Assembly (NCBI GenBank): GCA_020632535.1
Contig: JACKFJ010000002.1
Span: forward strand, 254,331 to 318,330
Length of the DNA: 64,000 nt
Direction of reading: 5' to 3'
From: Candidatus Omnitrophota bacterium
GTDB taxonomy: Bacteria; Omnitrophota; Gorgyraeia; Zapsychrales; JANLHA01
Part shown: positions 26,004 through 33,923 of the stretch, one piece after another
How positions within the stretch are numbered: the stretch's first letter is position 1
Layout: every line of letters begins with the position of its first letter
Program-made: the position numbers and the translations under genes
The notes under the pieces: generated by a model
What the model saw: the letters and a program-made list of their open reading frames with translations, nothing else
Told to the model about the DNA's origin: nothing
The model's database searches: none

Positions 26004-28193
26004 ATGGCGAAATTACCCATTGCTGAAGAATTAATTATAGAAAAATTTGGTCCGCATTTGAAACATCAGCCGCCCGGCGGATGGGATCAGGCTGGAGAGC
26101 CAGATCGTCGCGTCAAAACGCATTGCTGTTTTTGCGGACAACAGTGTGGAATTATTTTAAAGGTCAAAGATAATGCTGTTGTGGGTTTTGACCCATGGGA
26201 ATCCTTTCCTTTTAATAAAGGAAAATTGTGTCCCAAGGGCGTCAAACGTTATATGCAAGGATCGCACCCTGACCGATTATTATATCCTCTTGAAAATCGC
26301 AGTGGTGAAGGTTATGTGCGGACATCTTGGGACGCGGCATATAGTAAAACTGTAGCTGAGATTCAAAGGATTCAGTCTCAATACGGGAAAGACAGTTTTG
26401 CGGTTTTGTCGGGCGTTTCTCTAAGCAATGAAAAGTCTTATCTTATTGGGAAATTTGCTCGGGTCGCGTTAGAAACAGCCAATTTGGATTATAACGGACG
26501 TTTGTGCATGGTTTCTGCTGGAGCAGGAAATAAAAAAGCATTTGGTCTTGACCGAGCTGGGAACTCATGGGCTGATTTGTTGGAGACGGATCTTATTTTA
26601 TGTGCTGGAACAAATGTTTCGGAATGCGCGCCCATTACAACAGATTATATTTGGAAAGCGCGGGACACTCGTGGAGCAAAACTTATTGTGGTAGATCCAC
26701 GAATTACCCCGATCGCGAGGACTGCGGATTTGATTTTGCCTGTTCGTCCGGGAACGGATTCACATTTATTTAATACACTTTTAAATCTTATTATTCAGGC
26801 GGGTGATATTGATGAAAACTTTATTAAGGAACATACTGCAGGTTTTGAAGACGTTAAAAAAACGGTAGCGAAATATACTGTGGAAGAATGTGAGCGAATT
26901 ACTGGCGTTCCAGCCAAAAGTATACGCACGGCTGCGGAATGGTGGGGTAAAGCTAAGCGAAGTTTTCTTTTACACGCAAGGGGTATTGAGCATCACACTA
27001 AAGGCGTTGATAATGTTTTATCATGCATTAATTTTGTATTGGCAACGGGGCGTATTGGTAAAGTTGGTTGTGGATATGCAACAATAACGGGACAGGGTAA
27101 TGGTCAAGGCGGACGCGAACACGGGCATAAGTGTGATCAACTTCCCGGGAATCGAGACATTACAAATCCAGAGCATCGTCAATATATTTCGAAAGTTTGG
27201 GGAATTGAAGAAAAAGATTTGCCGGGGAAAGGGTTGTCTGCGCAGGAAATATTGAATGAAATTCATGCTGGGAAAATTAAAGGGTTATTGAGTATTTGTT
27301 TTAATCCTCTGGTGAGTTTGCCAGATTCAAAATTTACCCGTGAAGCTTTAGAAAAACTGGAGTTTTACGCTAATATTGATTTCTTTCTTAGCGAAACAGC
27401 CCAACACGCCGATATTATTTTGCCCGGATCGCTTCATGAGGAAGATGAAGGAACGTCGACTTCGGCGGAGGGACGCGTTATTCGTCTTCAAAAAGCAGTT
27501 AATCCACCCGGTGAAGCAAAAGTTGATTGGGAAATATTTCTTGAGATTGCCCGTCGATTAGGTAAGGGAAAATATTTTGATCATTTTAAGAACCCTGAAG
27601 ATATGTTTAATGAATTGCGCGTAGCTTCAAAGGGTGGGACAGCGGATTATTATGGGATTACGTACGATAAAATTGACAAAAATATGGGTGTATTTTGGCC
27701 TTGTCCTTCATTAGATCATCCGGGGACACCGCGATTATTTGAAAATGGGAAATTTTATCATCCGGATGGCAAGGCTCACTTTAATGTGGTGGAATATAAG
27801 CCTTCTGCCGATATTATTAATGAGGAATATCCGATTTATTTGACGACGGGTCGCGTGATTTATCAATATTTATCAGGGACCCAAACCCGTCGAATAGGAT
27901 TTTTGTCAGATCAATGTCCCGACCCATATGTAGAAATGCATCCTTTGTTGGCAGAAAAATATGGAATAAAAGACGGCGATCGTGTTCGCATTACTTCTCG
28001 TCGGGGTACGGTAGAATTAAACGCAAAAGTTGTAAAAACGATACGTCCTGATACGGTTTTTGTTCCGTATCACTGGGCTGGGAAAAAATCGATTAATCGT
28101 TTAACGCAACGCGCGCTTGATCCAATTTCAAAAATTCCAGAATTTAAAATGAGCGCCGTGCGTATCGAGAAAGTTAGTGAAAATTCTTTATGA
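26004..28193 (+). CDS. molybdopterin (Mo-bisPGD) oxidoreductase catalytic subunit, Nas/NarB/Nap-like putative nitrate reductase
   Basis: N-terminal 4Fe-4S motif CCFCGQQCG...C, Cys Mo-ligand context [12 protein letters not shown] (formate dehydrogenases have Sec/Cys-His instead), [14 protein letters not shown]-terminal FVPYHWAG...[19 protein letters not shown]. No twin-arginine signal. Confidence 0.75.
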   Translation: MAKLPIAEELIIEKFGPHLKHQPPGGWDQAGEPDRRVKTHCCFCGQQCGIILKVKDNAVVGFDPWESFPFNKGKLCPKGVKRYMQGSHPDRLLYPLENRSGEGYVRTSWDAAYSKTVAEIQRIQSQYGKDSFAVLSGVSLSNEKSYLIGKFARVALETANLDYNGRLCMVSAGAGNKKAFGLDRAGNSWADLLETDLILCAGTNVSECAPITTDYIWKARDTRGAKLIVVDPRITPIARTADLILPVRPGTDSHLFNTLLNLIIQAGDIDENFIKEHTAGFEDVKKTVAKYTVEECERITGVPAKSIRTAAEWWGKAKRSFLLHARGIEHHTKGVDNVLSCINFVLATGRIGKVGCGYATITGQGNGQGGREHGHKCDQLPGNRDITNPEHRQYISKVWGIEEKDLPGKGLSAQEILNEIHAGKIKGLLSICFNPLVSLPDSKFTREALEKLEFYANIDFFLSETAQHADIILPGSLHEEDEGTSTSAEGRVIRLQKAVNPPGEAKVDWEIFLEIARRLGKGKYFDHFKNPEDMFNELRVASKGGTADYYGITYDKIDKNMGVFWPCPSLDHPGTPRLFENGKFYHPDGKAHFNVVEYKPSADIINEEYPIYLTTGRVIYQYLSGTQTRRIGFLSDQCPDPYVEMHPLLAEKYGIKDGDRVRITSRRGTVELNAKVVKTIRPDTVFVPYHWAGKKSINRLTQRALDPISKIPEFKMSAVRIEKVSENSL

Positions 28194-28801
28194 GCACATG
28201 GTTAGAAGAAAATGATCTGTTTATAGATCCCCAACGTTGTATTGGATGTCGCGCGTGTGAAGCAGCTTGCGCGGAGTGTGATACGCATCGTGGCGTGCCA
28301 ATGATTCACTTAGAACCCTTGGATCGTGCAGAGTCAGTTAAGACTGGCCCAACATTATGCATGCATTGTGATGATCCAGCCTGTGCGGCGGTGTGTCCAG
28401 CAGATGCGATTAAGCGTACAGACGATGGAGTTGTTCAATCATCTCTTAAGCCGCGATGTATTGGGTGTTCGAATTGTCAAATTGCTTGTCCGTTTGGCGT
28501 GCCCAAAGTATATCGTGCGCGGGCGCAAATGAATAAATGCGATATGTGTTATGACCGAACGTCAGTGGGATTAAAACCAATGTGTGCGACGGTTTGTCCG
28601 TCGGAAGCGATTTTCTTCGGGCCAAAATCAGTTGTTGAAACTCAACGTAAGAATAAAGCGAATAATCAGTTTATTTTCGGAAAACAAAAAATCACAACTA
28701 AGGTTCATATCATGATGGATACGTCCGAAGATCCGGTCAATATGGATATTGTGGATTTTATGAGTGTGGGTATTGAAGATTCACAGCCGTGGGAAATGTG
28801 A
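28190..28801 (+). CDS. four-cluster [4Fe-4S] ferredoxin subunit (DmsB/NarH/PsrB-type)
   Basis: Four Cys groups: [41 protein letters not shown]...CATVCP. ATGA overlap with the Mo subunit. Confidence 0.8.
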   Translation: MSTWLEENDLFIDPQRCIGCRACEAACAECDTHRGVPMIHLEPLDRAESVKTGPTLCMHCDDPACAAVCPADAIKRTDDGVVQSSLKPRCIGCSNCQIACPFGVPKVYRARAQMNKCDMCYDRTSVGLKPMCATVCPSEAIFFGPKSVVETQRKNKANNQFIFGKQKITTKVHIMMDTSEDPVNMDIVDFMSVGIEDSQPWEM

Positions 28802-28813
28802 AAGGGTAGGATT

Positions 28814-29350
28814 ATGCAAGATCCAATCGATAAACGTTTAAAGAAGAAATTTACGGATGTTCCTAAGTGGGCTGAAGATTTTCCCCTTGATCAGGGAAAA
28901 GATTCCAACGTTTCCCGTCGAGACTTTGTTCGTTATCTCGCGTTGGTTTCGTTGGGGTTTTTTACCGGGACATCGACCATATTTTTACGGTCTTTGTTTA
29001 AAACAGCGCCAGTTTACACTCAACGAATGAAAATTATTGATCGCGATGATTTAAAAATTGGCGAATCGTATGTGTTTGGAATTCCCGGAATAAAAGAGCA
29101 GGCGATTTTACTTCGGTTGGGTGAAGATCAATTTGTTGCTTTTGGCCAAAAATGTACTCATTTGCAGTGTCCCGTGATTTGGAAAAAGGAAGAAAAGATG
29201 TTGTTTTGCCCTTGTCATAAAGGCGCATTTAATGGAACAACGGGTGATGTGCTTTATGGTCCTCCTGAGCGGCCACTTCCTAAGCTAAAGATTGAAGTTG
29301 CTCCCGACGGTGTTTATTTTGTCGGAATGGAGCGGGGGGAATTGGTATGA
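28814..29350 (+). CDS. membrane-anchored Rieske [2Fe-2S] protein
   Basis: CTHLQC-x14-CPCHKG (bc1/arsenite-oxidase-type motif including both disulfide Cys). SRRDFVRYLALVSLGFF is a Tat-like motif plus TM helix at aa 34-55. Confidence 0.8.
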   Translation: MQDPIDKRLKKKFTDVPKWAEDFPLDQGKDSNVSRRDFVRYLALVSLGFFTGTSTIFLRSLFKTAPVYTQRMKIIDRDDLKIGESYVFGIPGIKEQAILLRLGEDQFVAFGQKCTHLQCPVIWKKEEKMLFCPCHKGAFNGTTGDVLYGPPERPLPKLKIEVAPDGVYFVGMERGELV

Positions 29351-29616
29351 GATTTCAAAATAAAAAAGAGGAATTTGCCGCGACGGTAGAGACGGTTTGT
29401 TTGATTTTGAGTCTGGGCGCTGTGTTTTTACAAATTTGGGTTCTGATTTCAGCCATTGAAGCTTATCTGCAGGGAAAGTATGCTAACTTATTGCCTGCCG
29501 TGATTTTAAGTGGCATCGCGTTTGCGGGATGCGGTATGAGCGCATTATTGACGCGTATTGATTTTTTGAAAGGTATTACCGAAGGCCGCACCAAGACATA
29601 TCAAAAGAATTTATAA
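29347..29616 (+). CDS. small two-TM membrane protein
   Basis: 89 aa with two hydrophobic helices. Overlaps the Rieske stop (4 nt) and the narK start (1 nt). Confidence 0.5.
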   Translation: MRFQNKKEEFAATVETVCLILSLGAVFLQIWVLISAIEAYLQGKYANLLPAVILSGIAFAGCGMSALLTRIDFLKGITEGRTKTYQKNL

Positions 29617-30923
29617 TGAAAGGTTTAATTATGGCAAAGATTCGCGGAACCCCAGACTTGGGGGGCATGAGCGCAACTATGGGATTTTATATTGGCTTTG
29701 CGGCGGTTTCATTGTTCGGGATTACCGCGAGTAAAATTAAAGAAGTCATGCCATTGAGCCCTATTTTACTTGCCTTATTAATTTCAATTCCAGCTTTATC
29801 AGGCTCATTGCTTAGAATTCCTTTTGCGGCTTGGACGGATACAACGGGCGGTCGTAAGCCTTTTTTAGTGCTTTTGATTTTATCAATTTTGGGAATGTTG
29901 GGCTTGTATATTGTGATGAGCCGTTTTTATCCAAATAATTTAACAATAAATTTTTATCCGATTTTAATTGTTTTGGGAATTCTCTGTGGGTGCGGTATTG
30001 CTACGTTTTCGCCGGGGATCGGACAAGTTTCTTATTGGTTTCCGCAAAGTAAGCAGGGAACAGTTTTGGGTTTATATGCAGGATTAGGAAATTTGGCTCC
30101 CGGGATGTTTGCATTGCTTCTGCCGGTTGCCATGCAAAATTTAGGGATGGCGAACACCTATTTAGCGTGGTTGATTTTTTTGGGTATTGGAACAATACTG
30201 TATTGGATGTTTGGCCGCAATGCTTGGTATTTTCAGCTTGTTGAGCAAGGGATGACGCCGGAGGCGGCTAAAAAAGAAGCGCAGGAACAATATCATCAGG
30301 AAATTTTTCCGAAGGGTAATATCAAACAAAGTTTAATTGTTTCCGCGCAGAATTGGAAAACGTGGTCGCTTTTTGCGGTTTATTTTACGACCTTTGGTGG
30401 ATTTATCGCGCTTACAGCTTGGTTTCCAACATATTGGAATTCTTATTTTGGAATGCCGATTGTAATGGCTGGCATGATGACGGCAGCTTATTCGATTCTT
30501 GCATCGCTTATGCGCGTGGTGGGTGGACAAATTGCAGATGTTTTTGGTGGTGAGCGATCCTTAATTTTTTCTACGTGTTTACTTCTTATTGGATCAATTA
30601 TTATGATGGGATCATCAGGAGTATTGACCTTTGCTATTGTCGGGGTTTTATTTTTAGCCATTGGTATGGGAATGGCTAATGCCGCTGTTTTCAAACTTGT
30701 TCCTCAGGAAATTCCGGAGGCGGTCGGTGGAGCTGCGGGGTGGATTGGTGGATTGGGCGCTTTTGGGGGCTTTGTCATTCCTCCACTATTGGGAATCAGC
30801 GTCAGTATGTTTGGAACTACAGGTTATAGCAAGGGATTTGGTCTTTTTATAATTTTGTCAATTGTGTCATTAATGATAAGTTTTATTCTAAAAATCAGTC
30901 GACATGCAAAAGCAAAATCATGA
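29616..30923 (+). CDS. narK: MFS nitrate/nitrite transporter (NNP family)
   Basis: 12 TM helices. Nitrate-signature-like motifs YAGLGNLAPG and AAGWIGGLGAFGGFVIP. Confidence 0.75.
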   Translation: MKGLIMAKIRGTPDLGGMSATMGFYIGFAAVSLFGITASKIKEVMPLSPILLALLISIPALSGSLLRIPFAAWTDTTGGRKPFLVLLILSILGMLGLYIVMSRFYPNNLTINFYPILIVLGILCGCGIATFSPGIGQVSYWFPQSKQGTVLGLYAGLGNLAPGMFALLLPVAMQNLGMANTYLAWLIFLGIGTILYWMFGRNAWYFQLVEQGMTPEAAKKEAQEQYHQEIFPKGNIKQSLIVSAQNWKTWSLFAVYFTTFGGFIALTAWFPTYWNSYFGMPIVMAGMMTAAYSILASLMRVVGGQIADVFGGERSLIFSTCLLLIGSIIMMGSSGVLTFAIVGVLFLAIGMGMANAAVFKLVPQEIPEAVGGAAGWIGGLGAFGGFVIPPLLGISVSMFGTTGYSKGFGLFIILSIVSLMISFILKISRHAKAKS

Positions 30924-31398
30924 ATCTAAGGTTGTTTCGATTAGTATCTCTAAGGGGGGGATTCCTAAGCTCCCGGTTAGTTCTATCCGCTTAACTTTTG
31001 CTGGTTTAGAAGGAGATGGACACAATCATGATAAACACAATTCACCTATACAGGCTGTGTGTATTCAAGATTTGGAGAAGCTAAAGGAACTTAATCAAGG
31101 TGGATACGCACTAAGTCCGGGACTTGCGGGCGAAAATTTAACCGTTGAGAATCTCCACGTCAATGATCTTCCTCTGGGGACGGTACTTCAGTTTTCCGGC
31201 GGTGTTATCTTAGAAATTTCAAAAATCCGAAAGCCCTGTTATGTTATGGACGCGATACATCCTAAGTTAAAGGACGATGCAGTCGGACGGCATGGAATGT
31301 ATGCGCGAGTTATTAAAGAAGGACAATTAACCGTCGGAGAAGTTATCGAAGTTAAGAAGTGTCCACCATTGCGTGCGGGGACTTATGGATCAGGTTAA
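30904..31398 (+). CDS. MOSC-domain protein
   Basis: GLEGDGHNHDKH, PGLAGENLTVENL, LEISKIRKPC (conserved Cys). 20-nt overlap with narK. Confidence 0.75.
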   Translation: MQKQNHESKVVSISISKGGIPKLPVSSIRLTFAGLEGDGHNHDKHNSPIQAVCIQDLEKLKELNQGGYALSPGLAGENLTVENLHVNDLPLGTVLQFSGGVILEISKIRKPCYVMDAIHPKLKDDAVGRHGMYARVIKEGQLTVGEVIEVKKCPPLRAGTYGSG

Positions 31399-32479
31399 GT
31401 CACTTCAGAAAAAAGCAATTCAATTAGAACTTAAGCGATCATTAAAAGAATTATCCGATATTAAGTTTGCCCTCGATGCCTCTTCTATTGTCGCGATTGC
31501 TGATGCCAGCGGCAAAATCACTTATGTGAATGACAAGTTTTGTGAGATTTCCCAATATTCCCGTGATGAACTGATGGGTCAGGATCATCGAATTATTAAT
31601 TCTGGATATCACCCTAAAGAATTTATTCGAGATCTTTGGCGTACGATTGCCGGCGGGAAAGTTTGGAAGGGAGAAATAAGAAATCGCGCTAAAGACGGAA
31701 CGTATTATTGGGTGGAGACAACGATTGTTCCTTTTTTAAACGAAAGAAAAAAGCCGTATCAATATGTAGCTATTCGTAATGAAATAACAAAGCGGAAAGA
31801 AATGGAAGAAGCCTTGAAACAATTCTCACAAAGAATTATTCAGGCTCAAGAACAAGAACGTGAACGTATTTCTCGAGAAATTCACGATGATCTTGGTCAA
31901 TCGCTGGTCATATTTAAGATTTTGTTACAATCGGTTCTTTTGGCGCCACAGTTTGATTCAAAAAAGAAGGGTCTTTTTGTCGAGAGATTGGTTAAGGATA
32001 TCGATCGAATTATTGAGAAGACCAGAGATCTGACTTCTGCATTGCGTCCTTCGACTCTCGAGGTTTTGGGTTTAACAACAGCTTTGAAAGTATTGGTTGA
32101 ACAAATTAAACGGGAAAGTTTAAAGATAAAATTCTGCCATGATGATTTGGACGGGATAACTTTTAAAGGCGATCCCATTAATTTTTATCGAATTATTCAG
32201 GAGGCTTTAACAAATATCGTAAAGCATGCCAAAGCTTCGAAAGTTGAGATGCACATAAGGATTACGAAAAACATTTTATCTTTGAGCATAAAAGATGACG
32301 GTAGGGGATTTTCCTATTCGCAAAAAATTCCTTCTCGGCAGCAGATTAAGGGAATTGGACTTTCAACAATGAAAGAAAGAGCACAGTTGTTAAAAGGAGA
32401 ATTAGAAATCACTTCTGGTGTTCGGCAGGGCACGACAATCAAACTTAGCATTCCTATTATTAAAAAGAAATCATTATGA
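31385..32479 (+). CDS. soluble PAS sensor histidine kinase (HisKA_3 type)
   Basis: PAS domain (IVAIADASGKITYVNDKFCEISQYSRDELMGQDHRII...KDGTYYWVETT), H-box REIHDDLGQSL, HATPase GIGLSTMKERA. No TM segment. Confidence 0.85.
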   Translation: MDQVKSLQKKAIQLELKRSLKELSDIKFALDASSIVAIADASGKITYVNDKFCEISQYSRDELMGQDHRIINSGYHPKEFIRDLWRTIAGGKVWKGEIRNRAKDGTYYWVETTIVPFLNERKKPYQYVAIRNEITKRKEMEEALKQFSQRIIQAQEQERERISREIHDDLGQSLVIFKILLQSVLLAPQFDSKKKGLFVERLVKDIDRIIEKTRDLTSALRPSTLEVLGLTTALKVLVEQIKRESLKIKFCHDDLDGITFKGDPINFYRIIQEALTNIVKHAKASKVEMHIRITKNILSLSIKDDGRGFSYSQKIPSRQQIKGIGLSTMKERAQLLKGELEITSGVRQGTTIKLSIPIIKKKSL

Positions 32480-33123
32480 AGTCTTTTCAAAGAATTGTTT
32501 TAGTGGATGATCATAAGATTTTAAGAGAAGGTCTTAAAAGCCTTATCGAGAAGGATGAGGCTTTTAAAGTCGTTGGACAAGCTAAGGATGGCAATGAACT
32601 CCTTATTCTTTTAAAGACTATGAAGTGTGATTTAATTGTCTTGGATTTAGCGATGCCGAATAGGGACGGAATACAGTCTATCAAAGAAGTCAAAGAGCAA
32701 TTTCCAAGAGTGAAGATTCTTATATTGACTATGCAAAAGGATCAAGAACACTTTCGGCATGCCATGGCTCTGGGGGCATCGGGGTATGTTCTTAAAGACG
32801 ATGCTTATGAACAGCTTATGATGGCTATTAAAATTATTCTAAAAGGCAGGGTATTTGTTTCACCCGAGATATCAAAACTTCTCACTGATTATTATGTTCG
32901 TTCTATGGATGAAGCCGAATCTTCTTCTCCCGGAATTTTAACGAAGCGCGAACAACAAATTTTAAAGTTGATCGCAAAAGGTTTAGCTAATAAAAATATT
33001 GCGGCAAAACTCAAATTAAGTATTCGAACAGTTGAAACTCATCGAGCCAACCTCACCCATAAATTAGGCATCAAAAGTGCCGCAAGTTTAGCAAGATACG
33101 CCATCACTAAGAATTTAATTTAA
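32476..33123 (+). CDS. NarL/LuxR-family response regulator
   Basis: Receiver (LVDDH...DLIVLDLAMP) plus C-terminal LuxR HTH (LTKREQQILKLIAKGLANKNIAAKL). ATGA overlap with the kinase gene. Confidence 0.9.
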   Translation: MKSFQRIVLVDDHKILREGLKSLIEKDEAFKVVGQAKDGNELLILLKTMKCDLIVLDLAMPNRDGIQSIKEVKEQFPRVKILILTMQKDQEHFRHAMALGASGYVLKDDAYEQLMMAIKIILKGRVFVSPEISKLLTDYYVRSMDEAESSSPGILTKREQQILKLIAKGLANKNIAAKLKLSIRTVETHRANLTHKLGIKSAASLARYAITKNLI

Positions 33124-33149
33124 ACGAGCATCCTCTCTTTCCCGTCATT

Positions 33150-33180
33150 TTCTAGGTAGTTCTACGTAATTTCTACGTAT
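33150..33180 (+). promoter_or_regulatory. three tandem decamer repeats (candidate response-regulator binding array)
   Basis: TTCTAGGTAG / TTCTACGTAA / TTTCTACGTAT, head to tail with 10-11 bp periodicity, between the NarL-type regulator gene and the next gene. Confidence 0.35.
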
Positions 33181-33269
33181 ATTCGCCAATTTATATATTT
33201 ATTCATGCGTGTACAATTTAGCTAAAAGCTAAAGGGATTTAACCAAACAATATAAAGACGGGTTAATTT

Positions 33270-33710
33270 ATGAAAAAAATTTTGATTATTGACGATAGTG
33301 ATGAATTTCGGGCAAGTGTTAAAGATTACTTAAAAATGCATAATTTGGGTTTGGAGATTTTTGAGGCGAGCACAGGAGAAATGGGAGTAGCCAAAGCCGC
33401 GTGTGTGCGGCCTAATATTGTCTTGATGGACATTAATTTGCCAAGTGCTAATGGTCTTCAGGCTACAAATCAAATTAAGATGGATAACCCTGACTGTGAT
33501 GTGATTATATTGTCAATGCTTGAAGTAGATCATTTTAGGCACGCCGCGCAAAAAGTAAACGCGAGAGAATTTATTGGTAAGAGTGAAATTTATGAGCGTT
33601 TATTACCTGCAATTAATAAATGTTTGGAAGAAAAATGCAAAAAAGGAAAAGGAGGCCAATATGAAAACCTTAATTCAAGCCAAAAAGCCAAAGATGGTAT
33701 CAAAAGTTAA
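33270..33710 (+). CDS. single-domain response regulator (receiver only)
   Basis: ILIIDDSDEFR...IVLMDINLP...K receiver pattern. Lys/Gly-rich tail, no output domain. Confidence 0.85.
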   Translation: MKKILIIDDSDEFRASVKDYLKMHNLGLEIFEASTGEMGVAKAACVRPNIVLMDINLPSANGLQATNQIKMDNPDCDVIILSMLEVDHFRHAAQKVNAREFIGKSEIYERLLPAINKCLEEKCKKGKGGQYENLNSSQKAKDGIKS

Positions 33711-33876
33711 ACAAGAAGTTCAACGTGAAAAGAAAGTCGACGCTGTACGCTATTCGCAAATGGTTGAAAAAAAAGCTTATGAGTTATTTGAAAAGCGTGG
33801 ATGTCATAATGGTCAAGATTGGGAAGATTGGTTTAAAGCTGAGAAATTAGTTGAAGAAGAGTTGTGTCAAAAATAA
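33661..33876 (+). CDS. DUF2934-like small protein
   Basis: AGGAGG directly before the ATG at 33661. KKAYELFEKRGCHNGQDWEDWFKAEKLV matches the DUF2934 pattern. Overlaps the receiver gene by 50 nt in another frame. Confidence 0.6.
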   Translation: MKTLIQAKKPKMVSKVKQEVQREKKVDAVRYSQMVEKKAYELFEKRGCHNGQDWEDWFKAEKLVEEELCQK

Positions 33877-33923
33877 TAGGGATTCAGTTTAACTAAACAA
33901 TTCCTTGGCGGAGGTGGTTTTTT

